From the NCBI GenBank assembly GCA_051362555.1, contig CM120646.1, positions 3,038,001 to 3,102,000 on the forward strand: DNA of 64,000 nucleotides, in the 5' to 3' direction. Below the pieces are notes generated by a model that was given only the letters and a program-made list of their open reading frames with translations, was not told the origin of the DNA and ran no database searches. A program made the position numbers and the translations under genes. Numbering within the stretch: position 1 is the first letter of the stretch; the number at the start of each line of letters is the position of its first letter. The DNA is from Lingula anatina. Taxonomy: Eukaryota; Animalia; Brachiopoda. Below, in pieces: positions 1 through 10,780 of this stretch.

Positions 1-1
1 C

Positions 2-139
2 GGGGGAATCCTCCACTGTCTCCTGCATCTACCTTGCTTCCAGAAACACGACGAGCCTTCACCACATCAACAGAATGGAAACGTCATAGTGGCTGAAAAC
101 GTGGACTTGCACGAGATAGAACAAGTTGCATCAGTGTAG
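2..139 (+). CDS. 3' end (partial) of a gene entering from the left; possibly another SLC16/MFS transporter C-terminus
   Basis: Seen: frame 2 is open from the window edge, GGILHCLLHLPCFQKHDEPSPHQQNGNVIVAENVDLHEIEQVASV*, with TAG at 137-139. It is GC-richer than the AT-rich UTR-like sequence that follows (AATAAA near 1095). Inference: a hydrophobic segment then a polar tail resembles the last TM plus tail of the two MCT genes here ([10 protein letters not shown]..., [10 protein letters not shown]...). Confidence 0.5.
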   Translation, partial: GGILHCLLHLPCFQKHDEPSPHQQNGNVIVAENVDLHEIEQVASV

Positions 140-1428
140 CAGTATCTAATAAGGAGGAATTGTTAAGTTCGAAATGGTAGCAGTATGCATATACTGTGAG
201 ATATCCGTTTGGTTTAACTTACAGCCAGTTCGTATGCGAAAATACGCGATGATATACGAGGAAAAAAGTTCTCTGAACGCCAACGGAAAAATATCTCTGG
301 TCTTCTTGAAACTGTTGACTTCCCGCTAGGGGCTTGTGTTAAAAGAACACCTCACTGTACGGAGCACGTACCAAGGAACGTTGACTCTTTCACGCCACTT
401 GTGTTGTTGCGAGCGTGACCGAAATATTCGAAGTCAAATTCTATGCTGTTGAAAACGATATTATGCGATCTTATATTTTCTTTTTTAATTGCAAACAAAC
501 ACTCATTTTAGAAAATTGGTCGTCCATTAAACACTATCACTAGTCAAATGCAACACGTGTCTGTTTGTAAAAAAAAGAAAATGTGAGATCTTAGAATAGT
601 TTACCAAACAGACGAACTCATTTCAGTTAACTGCAGCATGCTTTATGGAAACGATGCACGATGCTTTATGGAAAGACTGATAATGTTGAAATATCCACGA
701 CATCTCATATAAACTCATCTATTTTAAAGGTGCATACACTTGGGTCGTCATTTTTACAATTCCTATTTATTTGTTGACTATATTGTACGAGTACACTATG
801 CTAAATTGATTTTGTTGTTTATGACAGACAAAAGCTGGTGTTTTTTACTTTTGTCAAATAACAACAAAATTCCCTTTGAAAACTCGCTGCAACGTGAGAC
901 ATTTTACCTCGTTTGTTTTAGTGTTAGTTTTACTGGTGTTTTGATTACTTTAAGAACAAATTACTTTTCGAAATCTCACTGCAGCACTGAGTGAATATGT
1001 TTAAATTGTTTTAGTTTCAGTTTTACAATTGTTTAGACAAGTGTGCAGTCAAATAGCTATATTCATTGTTAAAAAAAGAAAGAAAAAAAAAACAAATAAA
1101 AACAGGAATAACAACATAGTTGACTTTTGACTTCTGTATATCTGTATCCACGCATTAGTGCCATTGGCTACACCATCGAGTGCATTTCTTTTGTATATTT
1201 TTATAACAAAATCATCAATAATGCTAATTTGTCATTTAGTCACGCAAAGTATTTTTATTATCTTATATTCACCAAATTGATTTTTTCAAATAGTGAATTC
1301 GAATTAAAGTCCCATCAAATGGAGTGTCCGTATCAAATGTTATCTGATCCAGTATTGAGTGCGTATTTTTCCAATAGTAGCAAAACAAATATGGCACAAC
1401 CTCGGAGGCTACTTCTATCTTCTCGGTG

Positions 1429-4400
1429 TTAGCCGATGACTGGGCGAGAGTTCACCTGAGCTAAGGCAGCCAGTTGGGTCTTCTGGGCGTCGTCAAAGGC
1501 CCAGTACACCTTGCTAAGTGCCTTTGCCTGGCTAAGTGCCACCACACCTGGAAGAGAAAAAGTTTGTAAATGACTGCCAGTCCAAAGTCGATAGGACAGA
1601 TTTGGTGGGTTGATATTTTGAACACTGCTCACCAGTTCATGAAATGTCATTTTCATCTGCAGCCACAATGGTGCGCCGCAACCGTGAAAATAAATGAAAA
1701 TAGACTTTGGCATACACAGTGATACCTGATAACCTTTTAGAAAGCAAACCTCAAGCATGTAATACTTGTATCAAAATTATTATACAATATACTAATTAAA
1801 ATGTGATGATAATACTGTGATAACAAAATAAAAAGTGCACATTTGAAGTTAAAATAACATTCATATGAAGTAACCAAAGGGGGATACGAAAACACACCTT
1901 GAGAGGTGAGACCCTTTTCACATTGAACGTGGTACATTGCGAAATGAAGTATCACCCATACCCACCCCACACCCCACCCCCCGTAGCGCAATTACACGTC
2001 AAAACCAGTCAAACTGGTGCTGTTAAAAACCATAACGTTCCTTGTGAATGCGGTCTCAGGGAGCGTTCACAATGTAATTATCGTACTAGGTAGTTCGAAC
2101 TAACTCCGCGGGGACTTTCGTTGGACGCAATCAGATCAAAATATTAACACGCCTCCTGGCGCTCAGTTGGGTACAAGAACGTTGATGACTAATACGAGTA
2201 AGTTGAAAACAAGAGAAGGCGCGTTAATCTGTTAACCCAACTGAATTCAGTGAGAGTCCCAGCAGAGAACTACTTAGTACGACAGTTTCAATGTGAACGC
2301 ACCTTATCCCTTATACTGCTTTATCTGAGACAAGAATCGAACCACTGCCACGAACACATACATCCTTAGACTGGGCTCCCATGCCTAGATCAACTTAACC
2401 GGCTTAAATGCCTGTCACGCTTACCGAATCAGTTAGAAAGTAAAGATAAACACCCCCTAGCAGCTTTACTGGGCGTGACACACAATTAAGCCGGTTAAGT
2501 TGATAGCATTTTAGTGAGACTCTCCATGGAGATAGATCGATCCAAATATCTGTGGGAATGGTCCCTTACCTTCGTGGCGGCTGAGTGTTTCAGCCCACTG
2601 TACAATCCTGTCCTCCCTAGCCTTGTCTCCGTCCTTCAGCTTCCAGATCTCTGCCAGGATTTTGTCGTGGATCTCCAGGATGGCCTTCATGTCCTTGGTC
2701 TCCTCCAGGGTGGCGTTGTAAATGACCTGAATAGCGAGAACAGGAGTTTGGAGAATGTGGATGGTATTTTGGGAGGTGCTAAAATCACAGTTGTTGTGGA
2801 TTTGTGGATGATGTATTGTTATGTGGCTATGTAAAGTAAGTTTGCCATCGAAAATTAAGGTTGTTCATACATTTGTAACCTTCTTTGTGTTGTTTTGAGT
2901 GCCTTACCTGTATAGTTGTTATTGCGTATTTTCAAATTTGCGTTGATGTATATTTGTTAGCAGACGTAGATTTTCTTTGCTGTGGAAAGGATCTTACGAC
3001 CGAATATTAAACAATCTTCATTATGTTTTTAATAATTTAGTTCATATATACAATGATTTAGAAGAATCGGGGAACATCCACAGAATTAATGTACAAGTCT
3101 AAAAAATATTAAAACGTAGATTTCCCTGGGTGTGTTAAAGATTAAAGATTCTTACGAACAAATATTTTTAAATATATAGTGGTATGAAAAACAGGAGGTT
3201 TAATTTACAAATCTTTAAATATCTATTAAAACATGTCCATTTGACATACCCTTTTCTGTTCCTCTGTGCAAATATCTAGAAACTTTTTGAACGCGTCCCC
3301 CCTCAGTCCTGCCGCCTGGCCGATCCCAGAGTCGATCTTACTGTACGAACGGAAAGTGGCGAACCCGAAGTAATTAGCATATCGGGCAAGTTCGGTCCAC
3401 TTCGCCTGTTCCATGGTCGACGTGGCAAAGGTCATGGCTTTGGCGCTAAGATCACGGAGATTACCGGCGTGAGATGCGTCGCCGCTATGGGGACCCAGTA
3501 AGTCGCCGTGACTGTTGCTGGACGTGGTCTCGTTGTATGCGTACTCGCCCGTGCGGACTGGGAGAAGTAAAGCCCGTTGAGAATCAGTCATGCTGTTTAG
3601 CACGGCAACCATTGCTACGGCCTGGTCGTACCCGAGTTTACCTGGAAGAGATTGTAAGGCTTGGGGCTTGTTTCCATGGCCAATTGGTACTGTTTCAGAG
3701 ACAGTGTATGTACCACATGTATACTAAATTTCTCAGAGATATGTATGTTCCAGCTCACCGGTGATTTTTACTCACAAGTGATTTTGTATATGATACTTTG
3801 CTTTTTTTTCTGATTCGAAGATGAATTGGTCGTTTGCATGAGGATGTAGAATTATCATTACCCATTTCGATCGCAACTTTTGTGCAATAGCGTTTACTGG
3901 TGGTGTAAATATGAAAACCATAATAAGGAAAACCATAATTAGCAAATTCAACTCACCCTCCCAATAACCGGCCGTGGCAGTTTGGTTCAGGATCAAATTT
4001 TCGTCAATCTTGGCGCCCTTGGACTGTTTGAGTTTGTACAGCTCTTCAATGGCGATGTTTCTGGCGGTCATGTAATTAGCATCCATAGGTGCTTCTCTTT
4101 CCACAGCGTCCCAGAGAATCTGGCGCTGGTCTCGAGTCAGAATATCGAGGAAGGTGAGACCCACGTCGGCGCGAAGAGTCGCGGAAGACGCCAGATTGCT
4201 TCCTTTCCCGCCACGGTCAGCGTATCGGTAGTATCCGAAGGCGAAATAGTTGCCGACCTTGCCCTTGGGAAGGAATTGGATCTCGCGCAGCTGGAATGTC
4301 AGCCATGACACACCACGTGACGCCAAGGTTTGCATGAGGTCAACGTTCGAGAGAGTGAGGTTGCCACCAATGCTGAACTGTGGAGATTTGTCAATCCCAC

Positions 4401-4883
4401 CAAGCTTGGATGCTTGAAAACAAATAGGCTTTTGGTCAACATCTCCCCCAATTATTAGTTTAATTAATAGTGTAATGATAAGATAAGTGTCGCAGTAAAA
4501 ATTCTTACATGCACCCTTTTGCTTTTTAAATCAAACATAGTACACTAAAACTTACAATTGAATTAGGATATTCCCAATGACTAGCCAATCTTCAAAAACA
4601 CTATGTTCTTTCTCATACTCCGCAAAGAATATGTGAAATAGGAGTAAATATCAATTTGTAATATCCGTCCGAAAGCACTATGAAGGAGGCCTTGAGGAAG
4701 CATATTATAAAGCCTCAATAGGGTTGGACGATGTAAACCGAATTCAATGGAATTACCTCCTGAACCCTTGCCTCCGGTTCCTTTTCCGCCTCCTTTGCCG
4801 CCTTGGCCCTTGCCGCCTAGTCTCCCGCCAGCTGTGAGGGCGAGACCAACGATAACGAGAACTAGGGTAAATGTCGGTTGCAT
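1429..4883 (-). CDS. Secreted ~416-aa protein: signal peptide, (GGK)n tail, two tandem Spy/CpxP-like (LTxxQ) helical repeats; uncharacterised
   Basis: Seen: coding exons 4883-4757, 4412-3957, 3641-3250, 2726-2570 and 1547-1429, all GT-AG, intron phases 1,1,0,1. Total 1251 nt = 416 aa + TAA. An alternative in-frame ATG at 4901 adds MFKTNK, and the acceptor for that exon is at 4913/4914. N-terminus MQPTFTLVLVIVGLALTAG is signal-peptide-like, followed by GRLGGKGQGGKGGGKGTGGKGSG. Internal repeat: GNYFAFGYYR...LRADVGLTFLDILTRDQRQIL...EG...MTDSQRALL versus ANYFGFATFR...LRGDAFKKFLDICTEEQKRVI...EG...FDDAQKTQL. Minus-strand AATAAA at 1259-1254. Gene structure is well supported; the family assignment is inference. 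Confidence 0.88.
2060..2303. mobile_element. Foldback MITE, family B (PIF/Harbinger-like TIR), in the last intron of the secreted-protein gene
   Basis: Left arm GGAGCGTTCACAATGTAATTATCGTACTAGGTAGTTC pairs with the right arm (reverse complement GGTGCGTTCACATTGAAACTGTCGTACTAAGTAGTTC). Inner arms are also complementary. Flanks are TCA(G)/TTA. Homologous to 7764-8022 and 15900-15998. Confidence 0.75.
2389..2504. repeat. Short inverted-repeat element (19-bp perfect arms), probable MITE relic
   Basis: ATCAACTTAACCGGCTTAA (2389-2407) is the exact reverse complement of TTAAGCCGGTTAAGTTGAT (2486-2504); inner TGTCACGC/GCGTGACA also pair. Confidence 0.7.
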
Positions 4884-7763
4884 TTTGTTTGTTTTAAACA
4901 TATATCAAGGATCTGAAAATATAACGTAAAAGTTATGTATTGTGGATATGTATCTTTATCTCTCATTTAAGATTAGCTTTTCATTTCTAAAATACATGCA
5001 TGTATCTCATAAAACAACCTTTCAAAATTCATATTACGATGTTACAACATTAAAGACCTAATTTCGTAAAAAAATACACTCAATTTTTGTACAGAAAGTT
5101 ATAATCATCACAATTTTAGTTATATATATCGTTAATTTAAAAAGAAAGTTTCATGACTGCTCCCAAACTCTGCAATATACAATTAACTGTATCTAATACC
5201 ATTGATGTAACTGTTACCCCAACCTACAATGCAATTCCCGGCAGGTGCTCTGTCAGTGTCTGGTATGGTGTGTAGACCGCAGTATAAATGTCCTCGCCAC
5301 ATGGCGTAGGCACACGCGCAGAGAGGCCATTTCACACGCTGCCTACGTCGTTGCTATATCAACCGACCCACGTACACTGCTCGCAAGGTATAAAGGACTA
5401 AAAAGATTATCAGCACAGGCGGACCTGGGTTTCCACTGGGCAAAATCTGGAACGATCCACGTTCACTCCTTGGTCGGTCATGTTTACAAGGGATTGAGTC
5501 AATTTATGCATATGTTAACAGTGTAATTTTAGCAACAACCAGATCTCCCTGTTTCAGAGTCTACTTGATGAACTAGACGACATCCCTACCTGGGGAGCAT
5601 CGGCATTGCCTTGGGTTGTGTCCTTGGTTCGTACAGTACTTGTATACCACAATATGACACAGTGTAAACGTGGGTACGTCCAGGTCTTCTTTCAAACTCC
5701 TACGTCAAGGTCTTCTAGACGCCTTTGGGCAGTGTAGAGGAGGGGATAAGTCCTTATTTGAATTATTTGGTGTATTTAATATCAAACGTCATAATATAAT
5801 CTCATATATATCTTAATTAGTAGGTGGACATGGGCTTGTCATACTGTATTTCCGTAGTACTTTTTAAAACTGAAGAAAGAGACTACGAGATGGAAACTCA
5901 TTTATACCGAATTTGTCCTTTGCGCATTTAATTCTGTCCAAGGACAGAGGATACTAATGCGTATATTTTAGTAGCGTAATTAGCGCTATTGCTTCTTGGA
6001 TGAAGGGTACAAATACTCTTTGAGTAGTGCTGGGATTGTATTAATACGTTCACTCAGGTACAAACATTGTGTAAAACATAGACTCAAGAAGGTTTGTTCT
6101 ATTAGGACTGGGTAGCAGACCCCATTGTAATTCTTTACATCAAATAAATGTAATGTTAGTAAGTGACAGCATGCAGCGAATAAGAGCGGGGAGTGTTTTG
6201 TAGTGTTACTTTAGTTGATTGACACGACCTTATTGTACTTAAGCGAAGAATGTAATGTAGACGGGGAGAACGATATAAGAGGTTGAACGGAGAGGAACAA
6301 ACTGTAGATAGCGTAGTTAGAAAGCGATAATAAAGCATATGGAAAAACATGGAATTGTTTAGTTGTTACCTCGCGCCACCAAGACAAAGTCAGTAGCGTC
6401 GTCACATAGATCACAATCCTCTAAATAAATCTCTCTTTGGGGCGTTTGTTTTTTCTCTATTTTTTTACGAAAAAAATCTATTCACATTTCTCAGTATATC
6501 ATCCATGTAGCTTTCTAAAACGCAGTTCCTTGCATCCGGAAAACAACATTAACAGAGAACTATCAACAGTGCATTGCTCCTTTTATTATTTACGGGCCAG
6601 TGTACATAAACAGCCTTGTTTACGTCCAGGAACGAATCTGGATACCGAGTCGAAATAATGTCAAGTTAGCCAGGTTCAACAACTAACATTCACTGCATGA
6701 TTTATTGACACTTCAGATCAAGGTTTAGTTGTTGGACAGTCAATGCAATTCTTAACCGGGTTAAATAATTAAAGAAATGACCTTTCATGCAGTTATTCCT
6801 TACGCTGTATGAAGGTAATATTTGCAAGGCGGTTTAAATGACTCTAGTTGCAAATAATAACCTACAAACTGGTATTACTCAGGGGGGCGTTAATGCACTT
6901 TTGTCTCTCGCAGCCAAGCCGCTCTGAATGGTGAAGCCAGCAATATGTAAAGCAAGACGTGCTTTTGAGACGCGTTTTCAGGCATTTAGACTGTCATAGT
7001 GATGCAAGACACATATCTTTGCTATTATATGTCGTTTGGCCATTTCCTTTGAGCTATATTTAACAATAAAAACTTCATAGGCCCGCATGTATACAGCATA
7101 TGAAATAATGCGGTTATTGCCCTCTTCCTCTCCCCTAGAAAGTGAAGGCACGTGTACCCTCACATTCTGAACACACTGTATGCTGGCATTGTTGGGCTGT
7201 ATCGTTGATGTTCTTCACACACTGAAAGCAGCAGAAACAAGGCGCACACATACTGCAGAGCCACAAGCACAGTCTGTTTAAGTTAAAGCACTTAAGCTTG
7301 GCACACATGCTGGTAAGTCTTAGATTAAGCAGTCGGGTTATTTTATACCAGAGACTGTGTGAAATTAAGTTATTTGACCCTGTGAACAGCAACACCGCAA
7401 GTCAGCTGTTCAGTACTGTTTATAATTTAAAAGGGTCAAGGACGAAGGAATGCATGAAAACTATGATGCATGATGGTGGTAGCTAAATGTTGTAAATCAT
7501 AAATGGTTTAAAAACTGTAGAGAACAATTTTGTTCACTTTGCTGCTTTACTAAACGGAAGAACTAGACATAAACATGCATTCATGTTGTACATCTGGAAG
7601 ATGAGATATTTTCTCAAATAAATGAGGGTATTTCGGTGCTAAACGCTGAAAACGTACGCATTGCGGTTGTAAAATCGCGTTTACAGATGAAACGTTTTTA
7701 GTGACACCAAGGCGCTGAGTTCATCTCCACGCACTCATAACCTCTGCATATATCAGCGTCTTA

Positions 7764-8022
7764 GTACTCATTCCCAATGAAAGTACCGTTTTAAGTAGTA
7801 CAGATCGATCTAACCAACTCTGCTGGAACTCTCGCTGAATGCAATCAGGTTAGCAGATTTACACGTCTCCTCCTGTGGGGTCAGTTCTTTGGTAATCCGA
7901 AGGGTCCGGTATTCCGTAAAAGTTTATTGATGCGACAGCTGCATCAGTTGTGTAATTCAGCGAGAATCCGTGCAGAGTTGGGTCGACTCGCGTAGACCTA
8001 TAGTATCTTTAGGAATGGAGTC
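7764..8022. mobile_element. Foldback MITE, family B, with TTA target-site duplication
   Basis: TTA|GTACTCATTCCCAATGAAAG...AGGAATGGAGTC|TTA. Internal arms CTCTGCTGGAACTCTCGCTGAAT / ATTCAGCGAGAATCCGTGCAGAG match the copies at 2060 and 15900. A 3-bp TWA TSD is typical of PIF/Harbinger. Confidence 0.7.
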
Positions 8023-8483
8023 TTAAGTAAATACTTCCAGCGTCATCTTCAGCATGCATGCCCACATTGTGGATTAAGCAGAAGGATTAAGGTCATGCCC
8101 TGGATGTGGTGTTAAGGAGAAAAGGAAGGCACAGCGTTTTTATCTTATTTAGTAAAAAGTCCTTTCTCTCCGCGTCCTGTCAGTTTAGACCAGTTCACCC
8201 GAAAGCTTGTCTCTTCTGTTAGTAAGCGCACCCTAGGAAATGCGGTACTCGGTATGGAGAATATGAGGCTTTCTATGTCTTGTCAATATCAAAACATAGA
8301 CATCTCACTGGGCCTGTCAATCAGGTCCCAACCTGACCCTCAGTAGGTCTGTTCACACAGGACTGCTTTAGACCGAGTGAAAACACAAGCACCTGTATCT
8401 CTCAATCATCGTCGAGAATCCAAACCCCCATATTTGCGGAAGACCTCATAAATCTCATCTATTAGGTACGTATTCCACAATTA

Positions 8484-8673
8484 CAGCGCATTCACAACAG
8501 CGGACTAACAGATCCGCGGATCAAATATGGCGACCCACTAAAAAGCTTGCCTCTTAATTCCCGATTAGACACTTAATTTAACAGATGCCCCCTGGGGATT
8601 ACGCAACACACATTCAAGTGGGTCGGCCATACTTGATCCGCGGATCTGTAAGTCCGCAGTTCTGAATGCACTC
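8484..8673. mobile_element. Foldback MITE, family A (short copy)
   Basis: Arms (C)AGCGCATTCACAACAGCGGACTAACAGATCCGCGGATCAAATATGGCGACCCACT ... AGTGGGTCGGCCATACTTGATCCGCGGATCTGTAAGTCCGCAGTTCTGAATGCACTC; flanks TTA/TTG. Confidence 0.8.
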
Positions 8674-8924
8674 TTGTTCTCACTCAAACCATGGGTCTTG
8701 GAATAGATCAATCTTGGAGGCCATATTCCTATTTATCTTCCTGTATATTAGGCCGTAAATGATTCATGAGATTTTTCAGTCGTAAATTTGTTGTTTTATG
8801 GTCTATTTCGATGTACTGAAAACAACCCAGTTAATGGTAGGTGGTGTAATCTTGTTACCGGCGCAAATCTCTGACATCAGAAAGGGAAATACAGGGTTGT
8901 TAAGCCAGAAATAGAAGGACAATT

Positions 8925-9410
8925 CATTGTGTGTTCAGACACGATAGGACAAAGGTGACCTTGATCAGGGATAGTAGGCGAGTGCGAGTTCAGTCAAGAA
9001 ATAAAAGGACAAGGTATGTTCAGATCAGGAGTGTAAGACAAAATTCAGAACAAGTTGATCCGCGGACTAACAGATCCGCGTACTTAATATGACTTTAAAG
9101 CAGCGCCGACTAATTCCATGATGGCCTCCCCGCCTCCACACGCGCCGTCGCTGCAAGGGCCTTGCTTTTAAGTCATTATTTAATTAGTCACAATAGCTTT
9201 TACGTTTAGTCGGCCATTTTTAGTCGGCGGATCAGTTAGTCCGGGGATCATATGTTCTGAATGCGCGCTAAGATCAAGGTGAGTTCAGACCAGGAATGTA
9301 AGGTCAAAGTGTGTTCAGACCAGGAATGCAAGGTGGTGTGTTCAGACGAGGAATATGAGGTCAACGTGTGTTCAGACGAGGAATATTAGGTCAACGTGTG
9401 TTAAGACGGG
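8925..9410. repeat. Degenerate ~30-bp minisatellite (GTGTGTTCAGACCAGGAATGTAAGGTCAAA-like) split by a MITE
   Basis: Repeated GTGTTCAGAC(C/G)AGGAAT...AGGTCAA units lie on both sides of 9037-9268. Removing the MITE and one TAA restores a unit (GTGTAA|GATCAAGGTG). Confidence 0.75.
9037..9268. mobile_element. Foldback MITE, family A, with TAA TSD
   Basis: TAA|GACAAAATTCAGAACAAGTTGATCCGCGGACTAACAGATCCGCG...GCGGATCAGTTAGTCCGGGGATCATATGTTCTGAATGCGCGC|TAA; TAA at 9034-9036 and 9269-9271. Confidence 0.8.
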
Positions 9411-10744
9411 TATCAACTTTGTGCCCGACTGTGCTGATTGACCAATAATGGTTTTGACCGCCTCCGCTGCCAGTTTCCTGGCACTGTTGTCCAAAACCTG
9501 GCCTGTCTGGGTTTATGTAGTTTTTACACTTACCGTAGTGGTTGGCATTACAAATATTATCGATCATTTAATTGATTATTAATGATCCACGCATCAATCC
9601 GGCATGCGGTGCTATTCTGTAACTGATTTGTCAGGCAATATGGTTATTTAGTCTCATATAGGTAAATATGTCTCTATTTTAGAGACCAGCTGAGTGATGA
9701 AATGAATTTCATGCAAACATTCAACCCTACAGAAGCAGAAAGAGTGTATAGAATTACATGTAGCCAGAGACATATCTGTGAATATCAAATGAAATATTTG
9801 GAGGCTAGTATACACAGATTCTGGTGCCTTCAGACGCACTCTAAATGCAGACTAACTGAGACGGGTTAGACACACGGATCGTGGTACTAAAGAAGAAGAA
9901 TCGAACTCAGTCAGTTCGCACGTTTTTGTAATGTTTACATGTCTGTCAGCGTTGTTATAAAATAAAGACCGACACAGTAGTTAGGGTATGATTTAGCAAC
10001 TGTAAACAGGTCGTAGTTCGAAGAGCCAAATCATGCGACGAACGAATATGATACGGCTAAATGTCACGCGGTGTAAGCACTTAGACTCTGAAGTCGGCTT
10101 TCACGATCTATTTCAAGCATCAAGTGGTTTATTGTCATTAAATCAACTGGAAACCGTTTAAGGGACTTTGGGATTTTGGCAAGCTAATAGAAGGCGCACG
10201 CGCCATGAGGGCAATGACACCAAGTTAAGTGCCGATTGACGCGCAAGTGTTTTGTAGTCCCAACGTTGAGTACAATGGCAGCCGCAGGGCCCAAGCAAAT
10301 TGATATGCTATTATCACTGCTTTAAAGGAAATAACATCTTGTCTTGATGCTGCTTTGATTGCCTCTGGACCTTACGTGCCCTCAGGTGAAAGAGAAACTG
10401 AAAATGTGTAGAGAGGATATTGCATTTTATCTTGGATACAACGAATCCTGACCCTGCACATTTTTTTTGTAACAAATGATTGTAATTTTAAAAAAGACAT
10501 TAAGATTATGTCTGTTGCAATAACAAGCCTGTTTATTCATCTCGCGAGCTGCAAAACCAAAACCAAAACGAAACCAAAATAAAACTCCCCAAAACCTAAA
10601 TGTTGTTTACTTAATGTGCTGTCCCACGATATTGTAATATTATCACCAACAGACAAAACGAACCAACGTGAACTCTGATCCAAGTTGAAGGGGACGGCAG
10701 TGTCGCAGGGTTAGTACCATAGCGCGCAGTGATAGGAGAAAGGG

Positions 10745-10780
10745 ACACACACACACACACACACGCACACACACACACAC
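10745..10780. repeat. (CA)n microsatellite
   Basis: Direct reading of an ACACAC... tract with one interruption. Confidence 0.95.

Noticed and set aside
724-760. TTAA|AGG motifs (also near 10321, 17379, 33801, 54463) suggesting Kolobok-type ends
   Set aside because: Could not pair any left end with a matching right end.
1429-4883. Bacterial contamination as the explanation for the Spy/CpxP-like gene
   Set aside because: It has four canonical spliceosomal introns, host MITEs inside an intron shared with flanking DNA, and is contiguous with animal SLC16 genes.
4747-4929. Pro-rich + strand ORF (and antisense ORFs at 2514, 3474, 3982, 34118, 44223, 44851, 46741, 46886)
   Set aside because: Antisense shadows of real GC-rich exons on the other strand.
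8925-9410. ~30-bp repeats that could suggest a CRISPR array
   Set aside because: Units are contiguous with no unique spacers and are degenerate; the context is eukaryotic with no cas genes.
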